Source: an uncultured candidate division Zixibacteria bacterium
Lineage (GTDB): Bacteria > Zixibacteria > MSB-5A5 > GN15 > FEB-12
DNA: 64,000 nt
Reading direction: 5' to 3'
Assembly (NCBI GenBank): GCA_963735035.1
Contig: CAVTJJ010000004.1
Span: 320,001-384,000, forward strand
In this document: positions 53,038 through 63,775 of the stretch, piece by piece
How the letters are laid out: every line of letters starts with the position of its first letter
Position numbering within the stretch: the stretch's first letter is position 1
Program-made: the position numbers and the translations under genes
The notes under the pieces: model-generated
Told to the model about the DNA's origin: nothing
Seen by the model: the letters and a program-made list of their open reading frames with translations, nothing else
Database searches by the model: none

Positions 53038-53390
53038 GGGTACCCCACAGCTTGCTGTGGGATCGACCGCTAATGCTGTCTTACCCCGCTTTAGGCGGGG
53101 CACCCAAGGGTTGTTTGTTATGTGCCCGGCAGATGCCCACATCTGCCGGCTCGTACCTCTAACGGTCTATGTCTGTCTTGCCCCGCTTCAGGCGGGGCAC
53201 CCATGAATGCGAGCGACAAGTCCGCACGTTTTCCCCTTGCGTCACACAGCGGCGTAAGTTATTCTACCTAACAGGAGACAGCATCCCCTGTATCTTGAGG
53301 GTTCCGGCACGACACCACGTTAATTGTATTCGGCAGGGTTCCATTCCTGCCGGACGGTCGAAAGGGGTAGCCCACAGCTTGCTGTGGGTT
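53038..53390. repeat. Dense REP cluster
   Basis: Two CCCACAGCTTGCTGTGGG, two CCCCGCTT.AGGCGGGG, one GGCAGATGCCCACATCTGCC and one CGGCAGGGTTCC..CCTGCCG. Confidence 0.85.
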
Positions 53391-53421
53391 GGTGGAAACT
53401 GAAGCAGTGAGGGAGTAGTAG

Positions 53422-54074
53422 ATGATGCAAATCAAGAGTAAAGTAGTATGGGTTATGGGGGGGTGACGCTGGTAGCGCTCGCCTATCTCATTGGCACACA
53501 GTCGGCTGAGTGGATGAATGAGTGGAATTTCAGCCGCCACGCCGATGAGTACCGCACCCAGGTCGCTGACCAGACGGCGGCAATTCTGAGGAAGATGGGG
53601 ACAATCAAAGTGGGTGACACACTGGGGAACTTCCCGCTGGAAGACATCGATGGGAAGTTGCATCTGTTATCGGAACTGGTGACAGATAGGACATTAATTA
53701 CTTACATGAAGCCGGACTGCGATGCATGTCTGGAAGAACTCGAGCGATTGCGAAGCGTCGCCAAAGGCCCGGATGATTACGAGCATGTGATATTGATCAC
53801 CTCGGCCAATCCGTTGCACATGCAGCGCATACGAGAAGATTACGGTCTGGGGTGTGAGATTTTGTACGATAATGAACGACAGTTTGGTGCGGCGTTGAAG
53901 ATACAGTTGTTTCCTTTCAACCTGGTAGTTGATCGCAACAGTGTGGTACAAGAAATTCATGCGAACACGCTTCTACCGGATGACTATGAACAGTTGTTTG
54001 AAGCGGCTCGTTCCGTCACACCCGCGCAGGCGGGTGCCGAGATTATTCGTCATGCTGTGCCTGTCGAAGGGTGA
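53422..54074 (+). CDS. Membrane-anchored AhpC/TSA/TlpA-like redoxin (CXXC); probable frameshift in G7 at 53457-53463
   Basis: VGD....FPLEDIDG, PDCDAC, FP...VVD; GAGGGAG RBS precedes ATG 53422; alternative in-frame start at 53448. Confidence 0.8.
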
Positions 54075-54199
54075 ATAGGTAACAAATGCAATGCTGCCTG
54101 ACTGTCCGTTCATGATATGAACACAAATCGCATCACATATGAGTCGAGCCGAGAAGAGGTGTTCTCCGCAAATTATGACTCGAGAGGAGGTGATGACAA

Positions 54200-54436
54200 A
54201 TGACTACTAAGAAAACCGTGATCGTCTATACATATTTGTTCCTCGCGGCATTTGCATTTGCCGTAGGATTCAATATGAATGCCAACGCGGTTCCTGGAGG
54301 GTGCTGTGTGCAAATGTGCGACCATCCATATGAGGATTACCCTTCCTATGAAGGCTGTCCTGATCCTATTTATGGCTGTCGTTCTACGACGTGTCGGGAT
54401 TGCATGAATCCTCACACGTGGTTGTGTCCGGACTAG
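54200..54436 (+). CDS. Secreted Cys-rich mini-protein
   Basis: AGGAGGTG RBS; signal peptide ending ANA; 48-aa mature part with 8 Cys. Confidence 0.85.
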   Translation: MTTKKTVIVYTYLFLAAFAFAVGFNMNANAVPGGCCVQMCDHPYEDYPSYEGCPDPIYGCRSTTCRDCMNPHTWLCPD

Positions 54437-54542
54437 TGTGAGTGAGTATTAAACGGTGCGGCAGTCAGGTGGCGCATATTCTGATTCATGGTCTTGTTCG
54501 TTTGGTAAGTCAGACCTGGGGCGAAGGTACATAGGTGGAGTC

Positions 54543-56945
54543 ATGCGTTTGGTGAAATGGCCAACGATTCTGTTCGTCTGTATGCTGTACGCTTCAATGC
54601 CGATGGCTGGGGATTATCCATTCAACCTGAGAGCCCACAGCCAAGGTAATTTACAGTTAACAGTCAACCCGAATGGGGGCTGGGGGCAGTTGACTGGGGC
54701 AGAGGGACAATGGATTCCGTTTCCCGATCCGTACACCGGCGACTCGATCTATGGCTGTGTCTATCCTCGGGGCAGCCGCAATATGTTCATTGCTGGTCAA
54801 ATGTGTTTTGGCGCAATCGTCGCACGAGACACTTTGGTTTCAATGTACTGGGACCTGATGGGACTCAGTTCTCCTTGGCGGTCGAGCACCACCTCACCGG
54901 ATAAATCCATTTTTAGCCCTGAAGCCCGGTCAGCCCTCGATCTGGAGATACAGTTTCATGATTCCACTGACGTGTATTTGTATTGGGAGCGGTGGGAGCG
55001 GGAGCGTCATCATCCGCTTGGAGTCACTGTCACACAGCGATCCATGGCCTGGAGTGGCGCTACGATTGATGACTTCGTGCTGTTCGATTATGAAATCGTT
55101 AATCGTGGTATCAATGACTTACATGATTTCTATGTTACATTCTTAGTCAGCGACTACGGGTATGACATGAACGACGGACATCTGATGGGTTACCTTGACA
55201 AGTACAAGGTGCCGGATGCTTGCGATAATTGGGACATCGTGAATTTGGCATATATGATGGACAATGACGGTAACCCTGTCGGTGGCCACTTCACCCCACA
55301 GTCAAAGCGCGGAGCGGTGGGGGTAATGCTCATCGGAGCTTCATCGGATTCTGTAAGAGTCAACTACAACTGGGTGACTTTCGATGCCGCTGAGACAGAG
55401 GATTGGGGTCCGCGCAAACCCGGATCGCTTGACGATCCATTTCGGAGCTTCAATCCGTATTTTGCCTGGCCGGGGCGAAACAACAATTTGTACTATTTGA
55501 TGAGTCATCCTGAACAGGATTACGATCAGATGTTTGCCGCGGTAAATCACTATGGCTGGCTACCGCCGTGGCAGTTCGGCGAACAAATTGCGGCTGGATT
55601 GCCGGGCGCGTTTTTCTATTCTTTCGGTCCTTTTGATATCCCAGTGCGAGAGAAGATCAACTACACTATCGCTGTTGTCGGTGGCGATAACGTCCACTCA
55701 AATCCGAACGCAGTCTTCTATCCCGATAACCCACAGGCGTATTACGATCAACTCGACTTCTCCGAACTTGCCACCAATGCGCAATGGGCGAAATGGGTGT
55801 ACGATAATCCGGGCGTAGACACCGACAGCGACGGGTACTTCGGCGAGTATCGTATCTGTGAAGGCGAAACGACCTGGTACAAAGGCGACGGCGTCCCCGA
55901 CTTTCGTGGCAACACCCCGCCGCCGATCCCGTTCACGCGATATGAAACTGAAGCCGGGAAGATCATTGTCCGCTGGAACGGCTTTCTCTCCGAAACAACG
56001 AAAGACATATTCTCGAATCTGATCGACTTCGAAGGGTATCGAGTATACTGCGGTTTGGACAATCGTCGTACCAGCCTATCACTTCTGACAAGCTATGACA
56101 AACAAGACTGGCTACGCTGGAAGTTCAACTCGTTGGGATCAGGCGAAAGTCGCTGGTTCAACGACGATCCACCGTTCAGTCTTGATTCGCTCCGCACACT
56201 ACATAACAATCCCGATTTCAACCCCAACGACTATCCTCGCCAGAGGCCGTTATTTCAGGGCGACAGCGCCTTCTATTTCTCGGCCGTTGACGAGAACGTG
56301 TACAGTCTGACTACTCCCAACGGCATCCACAAAGCGTATCCGGATGCTATCAACCCCGGCACCGATTCGACCCTCTGGACCGAAGCTGACATAACAACCG
56401 AACATGACGGCCGCAAGTTGCCCAAGTATTACGAATACGAGTACATCATCGACAACCTGTTGCCGACCGTGCCATATTTTGTTGCCGTAACCGTCTTTGA
56501 CTTTGGTTACGCCGGAGGACGCGGCAATATGCCTCCCGACGAAACCAACCCGCTCAATAACGTCACCGAATGTTACGCGCAGACTTCGTCGGAGATAGTC
56601 GAACAAGAGAATCTCGACGCCTATGTCTATCCCAATCCCTACAGAGTTGACGCCAAATATGAGGACGGCGGTTACGAGAACCGCAAGGGGAACATCATCC
56701 CAGACCGGGCGCGACTAATACATTTCGGCAATCTGCCTCGGGTGTGCAAGATCAAAGTGTATTCACTCGACGGCGATCATATTGGCACGATCGATCACAA
56801 TTTCCCCGAGGGCGGCCCTGAGTCGATGCACGACTGGTGGAACCTTGTGAGCCGCTCCGGTCTCGCGGTAGAGTCGGGGCTTTACTACTGGGTCGTTGAA
56901 TCGGCGACCCGCACGCAAATCGGTAAGCTGGTGATATTGAAGTGA
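54543..56945 (+). CDS. Large secreted protein with Fn3-like and T9SS/FlgD-like C-terminal domain
   Basis: GGTGGAG RBS; signal peptide; DFEGYRVY; VYPNPY...F.NLP..C.IK.YSL.G...WNL.SR.G..V.SGLY. Confidence 0.85.
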   Translation: MRLVKWPTILFVCMLYASMPMAGDYPFNLRAHSQGNLQLTVNPNGGWGQLTGAEGQWIPFPDPYTGDSIYGCVYPRGSRNMFIAGQMCFGAIVARDTLVSMYWDLMGLSSPWRSSTTSPDKSIFSPEARSALDLEIQFHDSTDVYLYWERWERERHHPLGVTVTQRSMAWSGATIDDFVLFDYEIVNRGINDLHDFYVTFLVSDYGYDMNDGHLMGYLDKYKVPDACDNWDIVNLAYMMDNDGNPVGGHFTPQSKRGAVGVMLIGASSDSVRVNYNWVTFDAAETEDWGPRKPGSLDDPFRSFNPYFAWPGRNNNLYYLMSHPEQDYDQMFAAVNHYGWLPPWQFGEQIAAGLPGAFFYSFGPFDIPVREKINYTIAVVGGDNVHSNPNAVFYPDNPQAYYDQLDFSELATNAQWAKWVYDNPGVDTDSDGYFGEYRICEGETTWYKGDGVPDFRGNTPPPIPFTRYETEAGKIIVRWNGFLSETTKDIFSNLIDFEGYRVYCGLDNRRTSLSLLTSYDKQDWLRWKFNSLGSGESRWFNDDPPFSLDSLRTLHNNPDFNPNDYPRQRPLFQGDSAFYFSAVDENVYSLTTPNGIHKAYPDAINPGTDSTLWTEADITTEHDGRKLPKYYEYEYIIDNLLPTVPYFVAVTVFDFGYAGGRGNMPPDETNPLNNVTECYAQTSSEIVEQENLDAYVYPNPYRVDAKYEDGGYENRKGNIIPDRARLIHFGNLPRVCKIKVYSLDGDHIGTIDHNFPEGGPESMHDWWNLVSRSGLAVESGLYYWVVESATRTQIGKLVILK

Positions 56946-56954
56946 CAATCCACT

Positions 56955-57385
56955 TGGTGGACGAGGACGTCCATCACGCACGACGGGTGGGATTCTTATG
57001 CCAACGGCCGAAAGGCCGTCACCCCCGAGGCGTCGGGGGCCCAGTCAAGTTCGCTGTGAAGAGATAGTAGACATCAGGAAAGATGCTCGAAACAATTCTC
57101 TTATTGAAAACTCGCTCTTGTGAACATCCATCTTGACTGGGTTCCTGCCTTCGCAGGAATGACAGGACTCGCGTCCTGTTTCAGAGTCGATCAACCCACA
57201 GCAAGCTGTGGGATACCAGGTACGAGTCGGCAGATGTGGGCTCGCCGCGGCGGACCGGGCACTTTGCACATCAAGCGGCGGGCCGGGCACTCTTCATGAG
57301 CGGGCCACACAACTGTCTTGCCCCGCTTCAGGCGGGGCACCCACTGGCCTTCAACCCCCAGTCAGGCAGAGACGCCTGACCGCAC
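56955..57385. repeat. REP cluster
   Basis: TGGACGAGGACGTCCA, TTCCTGCCTTCGCAGGAATGAC, CCCACAGCAAGCTGTGGG, CCCCGCTTCAGGCGGGG and GTCAGGCAGAGACGCCTGAC. Confidence 0.8.
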
Positions 57386-57512
57386 GCGCCTGACCGTACC
57401 TACTGACCACCCCACCCAAGCCGCCCTTTCGCCTCTCCGAAAGTAATTGCGGGGCATTGTCTAAGGTCGTAAGTTCTCTTAAAGAAAATGACCTCTTGCG
57501 CCCGGATACTGC

Positions 57513-58739
57513 ATGTCCTTTGAAACTTACATTGCCCGTCGCTATTTCGGATCCGGGCGCTTCTTCGTCTCTGTTTCCACCTGGATTACAATTCTGGGTG
57601 TCACGGTTGGTGTCGCCGCCGTCTGTTTTGTAACCTCGATGCACAACGGCTTCGAGGCGGAAATCCGCTCCCGTCTGTTGGGTACTTCGTCGCACATCTC
57701 GATCTTCCCCTTTCAAGGCGGTTTCATCACCGATTATCGTGACCTGGTCAACCAACTCGAAAAAGTCGAACACGTCAAAGCGGCGTCGCCATTCATCTTC
57801 TATAAGGCGGCGATTTCGTCAGCGTCGGCCGGCGACGGTATCGTTGTTCGCGGTATCGACCTGGAAAGAGAATCCCGGACGTCGAACATCGAACGCGATA
57901 TCACCGCCGGGGTCTGCAATTTCGAAAAGAGTGTGCTTGGAGAAGACACTTTGCCGGGGATTATTCTCGGCAACGGTCTCGCCGATCAGCTCGGGGTCTA
58001 TCTCGGCGATCCGGTGGTTCTCTACTCGCTCCGAGGAGATGAACTTCGCAAAGGCACCCGCCCACGCGTCGCGAGGTTTCTTGTCACGGGTATCTTCGAG
58101 ACCGGGATGTACGAGTTCGACGGTTCCATGGCCTATATCTCGCTGCCTGATGCCCAGGACCTTTTCAAAACCGGTGACGTCGCTACGGCCGTCCATCTGA
58201 AACTTGACGACATCAACCTGGCGGAACAGATCACCCCCAAAATTGATTCGCTGCTCGGGTTCAAATATGATGTCGTGCCGTGGACCATCATGCACAAGAA
58301 CCTATTTTCCTGGATCGCTATTGAGAAGTTGGCTCTGACAATCGGTTTTTCACTGATTGTCCTGGTGGCCGCCTTTTCGATCATCTCGACCCTGGTAATG
58401 CTGACAATGGAGAAACGGGGTGAGATAGGGATATTGAAAACCATGGGAGCAGTGCCGGCCTCGATACGTAAGATATTCGTATACAAGGGGTTGGCTATTG
58501 CCACGATTGGGGTGCTCGCAGGCTGGACGATCTCCCTGACGGCGGGGTTCATCCAAAACACGTGGAAAGTGGTCTCGCTTCCGCCGGACATATATTTCAT
58601 TACTTTTGTGCCTATCGAATCCCACTGGATGGATTATCTGATTTCCGGCGGCGTGACCTATTTGATCTGTTTTATTGCCGCCCTGATTCCTTCGCAGCAG
58701 GCGGCTAGAATGTCGGTAGTAGACGTACTTCGCCGGTAG
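57513..58739 (+). CDS. Lipoprotein-releasing ABC permease (LolC/E family)
   Basis: IARRY, GF...IR, GIFETGMYEFD, EKR.EIGILKTMG, IYFI. Confidence 0.92.
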   Translation: MSFETYIARRYFGSGRFFVSVSTWITILGVTVGVAAVCFVTSMHNGFEAEIRSRLLGTSSHISIFPFQGGFITDYRDLVNQLEKVEHVKAASPFIFYKAAISSASAGDGIVVRGIDLERESRTSNIERDITAGVCNFEKSVLGEDTLPGIILGNGLADQLGVYLGDPVVLYSLRGDELRKGTRPRVARFLVTGIFETGMYEFDGSMAYISLPDAQDLFKTGDVATAVHLKLDDINLAEQITPKIDSLLGFKYDVVPWTIMHKNLFSWIAIEKLALTIGFSLIVLVAAFSIISTLVMLTMEKRGEIGILKTMGAVPASIRKIFVYKGLAIATIGVLAGWTISLTAGFIQNTWKVVSLPPDIYFITFVPIESHWMDYLISGGVTYLICFIAALIPSQQAARMSVVDVLRR

Positions 58740-58832
58740 TTCAAACGTATAAGAGCGCCGGGCTAATGGTTTTGGCAGAAGTGGCGAAAATATAAACAGG
58801 GCTTGAAAAATCGGACTTTTACCGGACGAGGC

Positions 58833-59528
58833 ATGGAGAGCAATAATACCATACTTGCAGCAACTGATATAACCCGGGAGTTCCGGACGGTCGAAGGGAC
58901 TCTTCCGGTGCTAAAGGGTATCTCGCTGGAAGTGAATCGGGGACAGATGGTTGCCGTCACAGGCGCGTCCGGGGTTGGCAAGTCCACCCTGCTGCACGTC
59001 CTGGGTGGTTTGGATCGCCCGACCTACGGACAGGTGGTGGTTTCCGGTACTTCTTTCGTGGGCCTTTCGGAAGCTGATTTGGCGCGGTTCCGCAACCGTA
59101 AAGTAGGGTTTGTGTTCCAATTTCACTACCTTCTTGACGATTTCAACGCCCTGGAAAACGTCATGATTCCCATGATCTTAGGTGGACGATCGCACCCTGA
59201 GGCCGCGCAGCGCGGGGAACAGCTTCTCGCACAAGTTGGTTTAGAAGATAGGATGACGCATCGACCTAAAGAACTCTCCGGCGGTGAACAACAGCGCGTG
59301 GCGGTGGCTCGCGCGCTCGCTAATGAGCCGGATGTGGTTCTGGCCGATGAACCTTCCGGTAATCTCGATACCGCCACCGGCCGAAAACTACATGAGTTGA
59401 TGTTTCGCTTGAACGAGGCCAACGGCACCACTTTTGTAGTGGCCACGCACAACCGCGAACTGGCGGATCGATGTAACCTCGAGTTTCAATTGGTCGAAGG
59501 TCGTCTGGCTCAGACCGTAAGCAGGTGA
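58833..59528 (+). CDS. lolD: Lipoprotein-releasing ABC ATPase
   Basis: GASGVGKS, GFVFQFHYLL, LSGGEQQR, ADEPSGNLD. Confidence 0.92.
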   Translation: MESNNTILAATDITREFRTVEGTLPVLKGISLEVNRGQMVAVTGASGVGKSTLLHVLGGLDRPTYGQVVVSGTSFVGLSEADLARFRNRKVGFVFQFHYLLDDFNALENVMIPMILGGRSHPEAAQRGEQLLAQVGLEDRMTHRPKELSGGEQQRVAVARALANEPDVVLADEPSGNLDTATGRKLHELMFRLNEANGTTFVVATHNRELADRCNLEFQLVEGRLAQTVSR

Positions 59529-59533
59529 TGTAT

Positions 59534-60070
59534 ATGTTGTGTCAGGATTGCAAGAAGCGCGAAGCGCAGGTTCATCTGACTCAGATCATTAATAACGAAA
59601 AGCTTTCGCTTTCGCTCTGCAAGGAATGTGCGGCCGCTCGTGGCTTCCATTCGCCGTTGGACAACGTCCCGTTTCCGCTGGCCGAGATTCTTTCCGGTCT
59701 GGCCAATCCGGGTGGCGAGCTCAGCAAGAACGATCCCCAGGATAATCTGGCCTGCTCGATGTGCGGTCTGACTTTCAACGAGTTCACCCGCCAGGGTCGA
59801 TTTGGATGCGGCGAATGCTACACCGCTTTCAGGAATCGGCTGGAACCGATCATGCGCAAGATTCACGGCGCGTCACTCCATCGCGGACGTAATCCGCACT
59901 ATGTACATGTGGATGATGCCGCCGCTTTGCCGATAAAGGAAGAAGAACGTTTAGAGACTGAACTCACCAAGGCAATCGCGGCCGAGGATTTCGAGCGCGC
60001 CGCCGAGTTGAGAGATAAGTTGAAAACGGTTCGTGAGAAGATCGGCGTTGAAGAAGCATCGAAAGGCTGA
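59534..60070 (+). CDS. mcsA: McsA (CXXC motifs plus UVR domain)
   Basis: Four CXXC pairs; EDFERAAELRD. Confidence 0.92.
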   Translation: MLCQDCKKREAQVHLTQIINNEKLSLSLCKECAAARGFHSPLDNVPFPLAEILSGLANPGGELSKNDPQDNLACSMCGLTFNEFTRQGRFGCGECYTAFRNRLEPIMRKIHGASLHRGRNPHYVHVDDAAALPIKEEERLETELTKAIAAEDFERAAELRDKLKTVREKIGVEEASKG

Positions 60071-60082
60071 GTGTTGACTACG

Positions 60083-61141
60083 ATGTTCGAAGAAATGGCA
60101 AAGTCCCCGGCCGCCTGGCTCTCAGGGCAGGGCGAAGAGGCCCTGGTGATTTTGTCTACCCGCATACGGCTGGCCCGCAATGTCGCCGGCTGCCGCTATC
60201 CTACCACGGCCGACACCGAAACGCGCAAACGGGTGATCGGCTACTTCGATTCGGTTGTTACGCGCACCGAGCAACTGGGCCGGGGACAGTACTATAAGGC
60301 AACCGATCTGGCCGAACTCGATCGCGACTTTCTGATCGAACGCCATCTGATTTCGCCGGCGTTTCTCGACGGCGATATGTCGAAAGCGGTGCTGCTCGGT
60401 TCTCAGGAGCGGATCTCCATTATGGTCAATGAAGAGGATCACCTGCGAATTCAGGCGCTGTCGCCTGGACTCGATCCGCAGGGAGCCTTCGATCTGGCCA
60501 TGAAGTACGAAGTCGAAATCGGCCGCTACATCGAATTCGACTACGACAAGGATTTCGGATACCTGACCGCCTGTCCCACCAATGCCGGAACCGGGATGCG
60601 GGCCTCGGTGTTAATTCATCTGCCGGGCCTCGTGCTGACGCGTGATATCGACCGTGTGATTACACGCATCACCCGGGGCGGCCTGGCGGTGCGCGGCTTC
60701 TACGGCGAAGGCTCCGAGGTACTGGGTAACCTGTTCCAGGTGTCGAACCAGAACACTCTCGGCCTAACCGAAAGCGACATTATCAGCCAGATCGACCGCG
60801 TGGCGCGGGAGATCATCGACGAAGAAGCCAAGGCGCGGGCGCGACTGACCGAGGAAGCGGCCGACATGATCGAAGATAAGATCTGGCGTGCCTTTGGCAT
60901 TCTGAAACACGCCCGCGTGTTGACCAGCGAAGAGGTGATGAACCTCCTCTCGGCCGTCCGGTTGGGCCACGCTATGAAAGTCATTGATTTCCTGAACGTG
61001 GCGCTGATAAACGAAATATTGCTGCTGTCGCAGCCGGCCCATCTCCAGAAGTATTATGGTACGGAGATGGATCATAACAAACGGGATTTTGTTCGCGCTC
61101 AGATGGTTCGCGAAAAACTGCGGCATACGAAAGCGCAGTGA
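60083..61141 (+). CDS. mcsB: Protein arginine kinase
   Basis: STRIRLARN, NEEDHLRIQ, GYLTACPTN.GTG.RAS. Confidence 0.95.
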   Translation: MFEEMAKSPAAWLSGQGEEALVILSTRIRLARNVAGCRYPTTADTETRKRVIGYFDSVVTRTEQLGRGQYYKATDLAELDRDFLIERHLISPAFLDGDMSKAVLLGSQERISIMVNEEDHLRIQALSPGLDPQGAFDLAMKYEVEIGRYIEFDYDKDFGYLTACPTNAGTGMRASVLIHLPGLVLTRDIDRVITRITRGGLAVRGFYGEGSEVLGNLFQVSNQNTLGLTESDIISQIDRVAREIIDEEAKARARLTEEAADMIEDKIWRAFGILKHARVLTSEEVMNLLSAVRLGHAMKVIDFLNVALINEILLLSQPAHLQKYYGTEMDHNKRDFVRAQMVREKLRHTKAQ

Positions 61142-61208
61142 CCAGGCAGGATTGAATGGTGTCACAGGATGACGCTCTGTTGAAAGCAACCTGGAAGGAT
61201 GATATATC

Positions 61209-63680
61209 ATGAATGAAATGTTCACCGAGGCCGCACGTAAGGCAATCGAATACGCCCGCGACGAAGCCTCACGATTGAAACATGACTATATCGGTACCGA
61301 ACACCTTCTGCTCGGGCTAATTCGGCTCGGCGAAGGTCTGGCGGTCGAGATCATCGGAAACCTCGGTCTTGAAATCGAAGACCTGAAGGCGTCCATCGAA
61401 GAGGTGGTCCAACCGTCTGGCGGTACCATGACTATGGGCCAATTGCCGCTGACCGCCCGCGCCAAGAAGACGCTCGAGGTCTCCGGTCAGGAAGCCCGCG
61501 CGCTCAAGTCGAAAGATATCGACACCGAGCATATCCTGCTCGCCCTGCTCAAGGACGAAGAGGGTGTTGCGGCGCAGGTGCTTTCGACGTACGAGATCGA
61601 TTACAAGGAAGCCTACGAGGAACTGAAGAATATCCACGCCGGCAAACCGTCCTCGTTCAAGAAGAAACGCAAAAAATCAAAAACTCCGGCGCTCGATCAT
61701 TTCGGACGCGATCTGACCGAAATGGCCCGCCGGGGCAAGCTCGACCCGATTATCGGACGTGAAGATGAAATCGAACGCGTCTGCCAGGTGCTGTCGCGCC
61801 GCAAGAAGAACAACCCGGTGCTCATCGGCGAACCCGGTGTTGGCAAGACGGCGATTGTCGAAGGACTCGCCCAGCGCGTGGTCGAGGGGAATGTCCCGCA
61901 GACGCTCGAAAACAAGAGAGTCGTTACGCTGGATATGGCGTCGCTCGTGGCTGGTACCAAATATCGCGGCCAGTTCGAAGAACGTCTCAAGGCAGTGATG
62001 AACGAAATCGTAAACGCTGACGACGTGATTATCTTTATCGACGAATTGCATACAATCGTAGGCGCCGGCGGAGCCGAGGGCTCTCTGGACGCTTCGAATA
62101 TCTTCAAGCCGGCCCTGTCTCGCGGCGAACTGCGCTGTATCGGCGCCACGACGCTGAATGAATATCGCAAGTTCATCGAGAAGGACGGAGCTCTGGAACG
62201 GCGTTTCCAGACCGTGATGGTCGATCCGCCGAGCGAGTCCGATACCATCCGGATTCTCAAAGGCCTTCGCGAGCAGTACGAGAAGCACCATCAATTGCGC
62301 ATCTCGGACGAGGCGATTGAAGCGGCCGTTCATCTTTCTAATCGTTACATCTCCGGCAAATTCCAGCCGGATAAAGCCATCGATCTGGTCGACGAGGCTG
62401 GCTCAAGAGCCCATCTGTCGACTTACACGCGTCCCGAGGTATTCAACTCCACCGAGTCACGACTGAACGAGCTGCAGACTCGAAAAGAGGACGCTGTCAA
62501 GAACCAGGCCTTTGAAACCGCGGCTAAACTGCGTGACGAGATCAAAGCCGAAAAAGAGAAACTCTCCAAGCTGCAATCCGACTGGGAGCACCAGCGGCAG
62601 CAGGAGAAGATTGTTCTGACCGCCGACGATGTCGCCTGCGTCCTTTCAAAAATCACCGGCATTCCGCTCTTCCGACTGGAAGAAAAGGAATCCCGGCGGC
62701 TGCTACGGATGGAAGAAGACCTGCAGAAGGTGATCATCGGACAGGACGACGCGATTACGATTATTGCCAAGGCGATTCGTCGCGCCCGCGCCGGGCTGGG
62801 AGATCCAAGTCGCCCGATTGGTACCTTCATCTTCCTCGGTCCGACCGGTGTCGGCAAGACCGAATTAGCCCGTCAACTGGCCAAGTTCCTGTTTGATGAC
62901 GTCGATTCGCTCATCCGTATCGACATGTCGGAGTACATGGAAAAGCACGCCGTCTCGCGTATGATCGGCGCCCCGCCCGGATATGTCGGTTATGAAGAAG
63001 GCGGTCAGTTAACCGAGAAAGTCCGCCGCAAACCGTACTCGGTGGTGTTGCTCGACGAAATCGAGAAGGCGCATCCGGACGTTTTCAATATCTTGTTGCA
63101 GTTGTTCGATGACGGTCAGTTGACCGATTCGTTCGGACGGAAGGTCGATTTCAAGAACACCGTCATCATTATGACCTCGAACATCGGAACGAAACGCATT
63201 CGTGACGACAAGACGGTCGGTTTTGACTCCGCAGCGGTCGATGACTCGTTTGACGGCATGAAGAAGATCATCATCGACGAGGTCAAGAAGCTGTTCAATC
63301 CGGAACTGTTTAACCGTATCGATGAGACGATCGTGTTCCACAAGTTGACTCGCGAACACATCTCGCTGATCATCGATGTTCTGGTGAACGACTTCGCGAA
63401 GCAACTCGCCGAGAAAGGCATCAGCTTCCATCTGACACCGGAGGCGAAGGAATTTCTGACCAACAAGGGATTCGATCCGACCTACGGCGCCCGGCCGCTC
63501 AAGCGCGCCTTACAGCGGTTTCTCGAAGATCCTCTGGCGGAGGAAATTCTCCGGGGCCAGTACGCCGGCGACTGCGATCTGGTGGTCGGCTGCGGCGATG
63601 ATCGCCTGACGTTTCTGTTCAATCGGCCGGATCATAGTTCGGAACGACCGGAACAGAAAGAACCGGAAAAGGTCGGCTGA
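61209..63680 (+). CDS. clpC: ATP-dependent Clp protease ATPase ClpC
   Basis: Clp-N repeats; two AAA+ modules ([16 protein letters not shown]); UVR domain; VGF loop. Confidence 0.97.
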   Translation: MNEMFTEAARKAIEYARDEASRLKHDYIGTEHLLLGLIRLGEGLAVEIIGNLGLEIEDLKASIEEVVQPSGGTMTMGQLPLTARAKKTLEVSGQEARALKSKDIDTEHILLALLKDEEGVAAQVLSTYEIDYKEAYEELKNIHAGKPSSFKKKRKKSKTPALDHFGRDLTEMARRGKLDPIIGREDEIERVCQVLSRRKKNNPVLIGEPGVGKTAIVEGLAQRVVEGNVPQTLENKRVVTLDMASLVAGTKYRGQFEERLKAVMNEIVNADDVIIFIDELHTIVGAGGAEGSLDASNIFKPALSRGELRCIGATTLNEYRKFIEKDGALERRFQTVMVDPPSESDTIRILKGLREQYEKHHQLRISDEAIEAAVHLSNRYISGKFQPDKAIDLVDEAGSRAHLSTYTRPEVFNSTESRLNELQTRKEDAVKNQAFETAAKLRDEIKAEKEKLSKLQSDWEHQRQQEKIVLTADDVACVLSKITGIPLFRLEEKESRRLLRMEEDLQKVIIGQDDAITIIAKAIRRARAGLGDPSRPIGTFIFLGPTGVGKTELARQLAKFLFDDVDSLIRIDMSEYMEKHAVSRMIGAPPGYVGYEEGGQLTEKVRRKPYSVVLLDEIEKAHPDVFNILLQLFDDGQLTDSFGRKVDFKNTVIIMTSNIGTKRIRDDKTVGFDSAAVDDSFDGMKKIIIDEVKKLFNPELFNRIDETIVFHKLTREHISLIIDVLVNDFAKQLAEKGISFHLTPEAKEFLTNKGFDPTYGARPLKRALQRFLEDPLAEEILRGQYAGDCDLVVGCGDDRLTFLFNRPDHSSERPEQKEPEKVG

Positions 63681-63740
63681 TAATCATGTGACCAAGTCGG
63701 GTGCGGCACCCGGCGGCGTCCACAAACGTTGAACGTCATG

Positions 63741-63775
63741 AAAGGCAGAGCCAAACTTGGCTCTGCCTTTCTTTA
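63741..63775. terminator. Intrinsic (possibly bidirectional) terminator
   Basis: Perfect 14-bp stem AAAGGCAGAGCCAA / TTGGCTCTGCCTTT. Confidence 0.85.

Noticed and set aside
54200..54436. Lanthipeptide, ranthipeptide or sactipeptide precursor
   Set aside because: The leader is a Sec-type hydrophobic signal, and no LanM, radical SAM or YcaO enzyme is nearby; disulfide maturation fits better.
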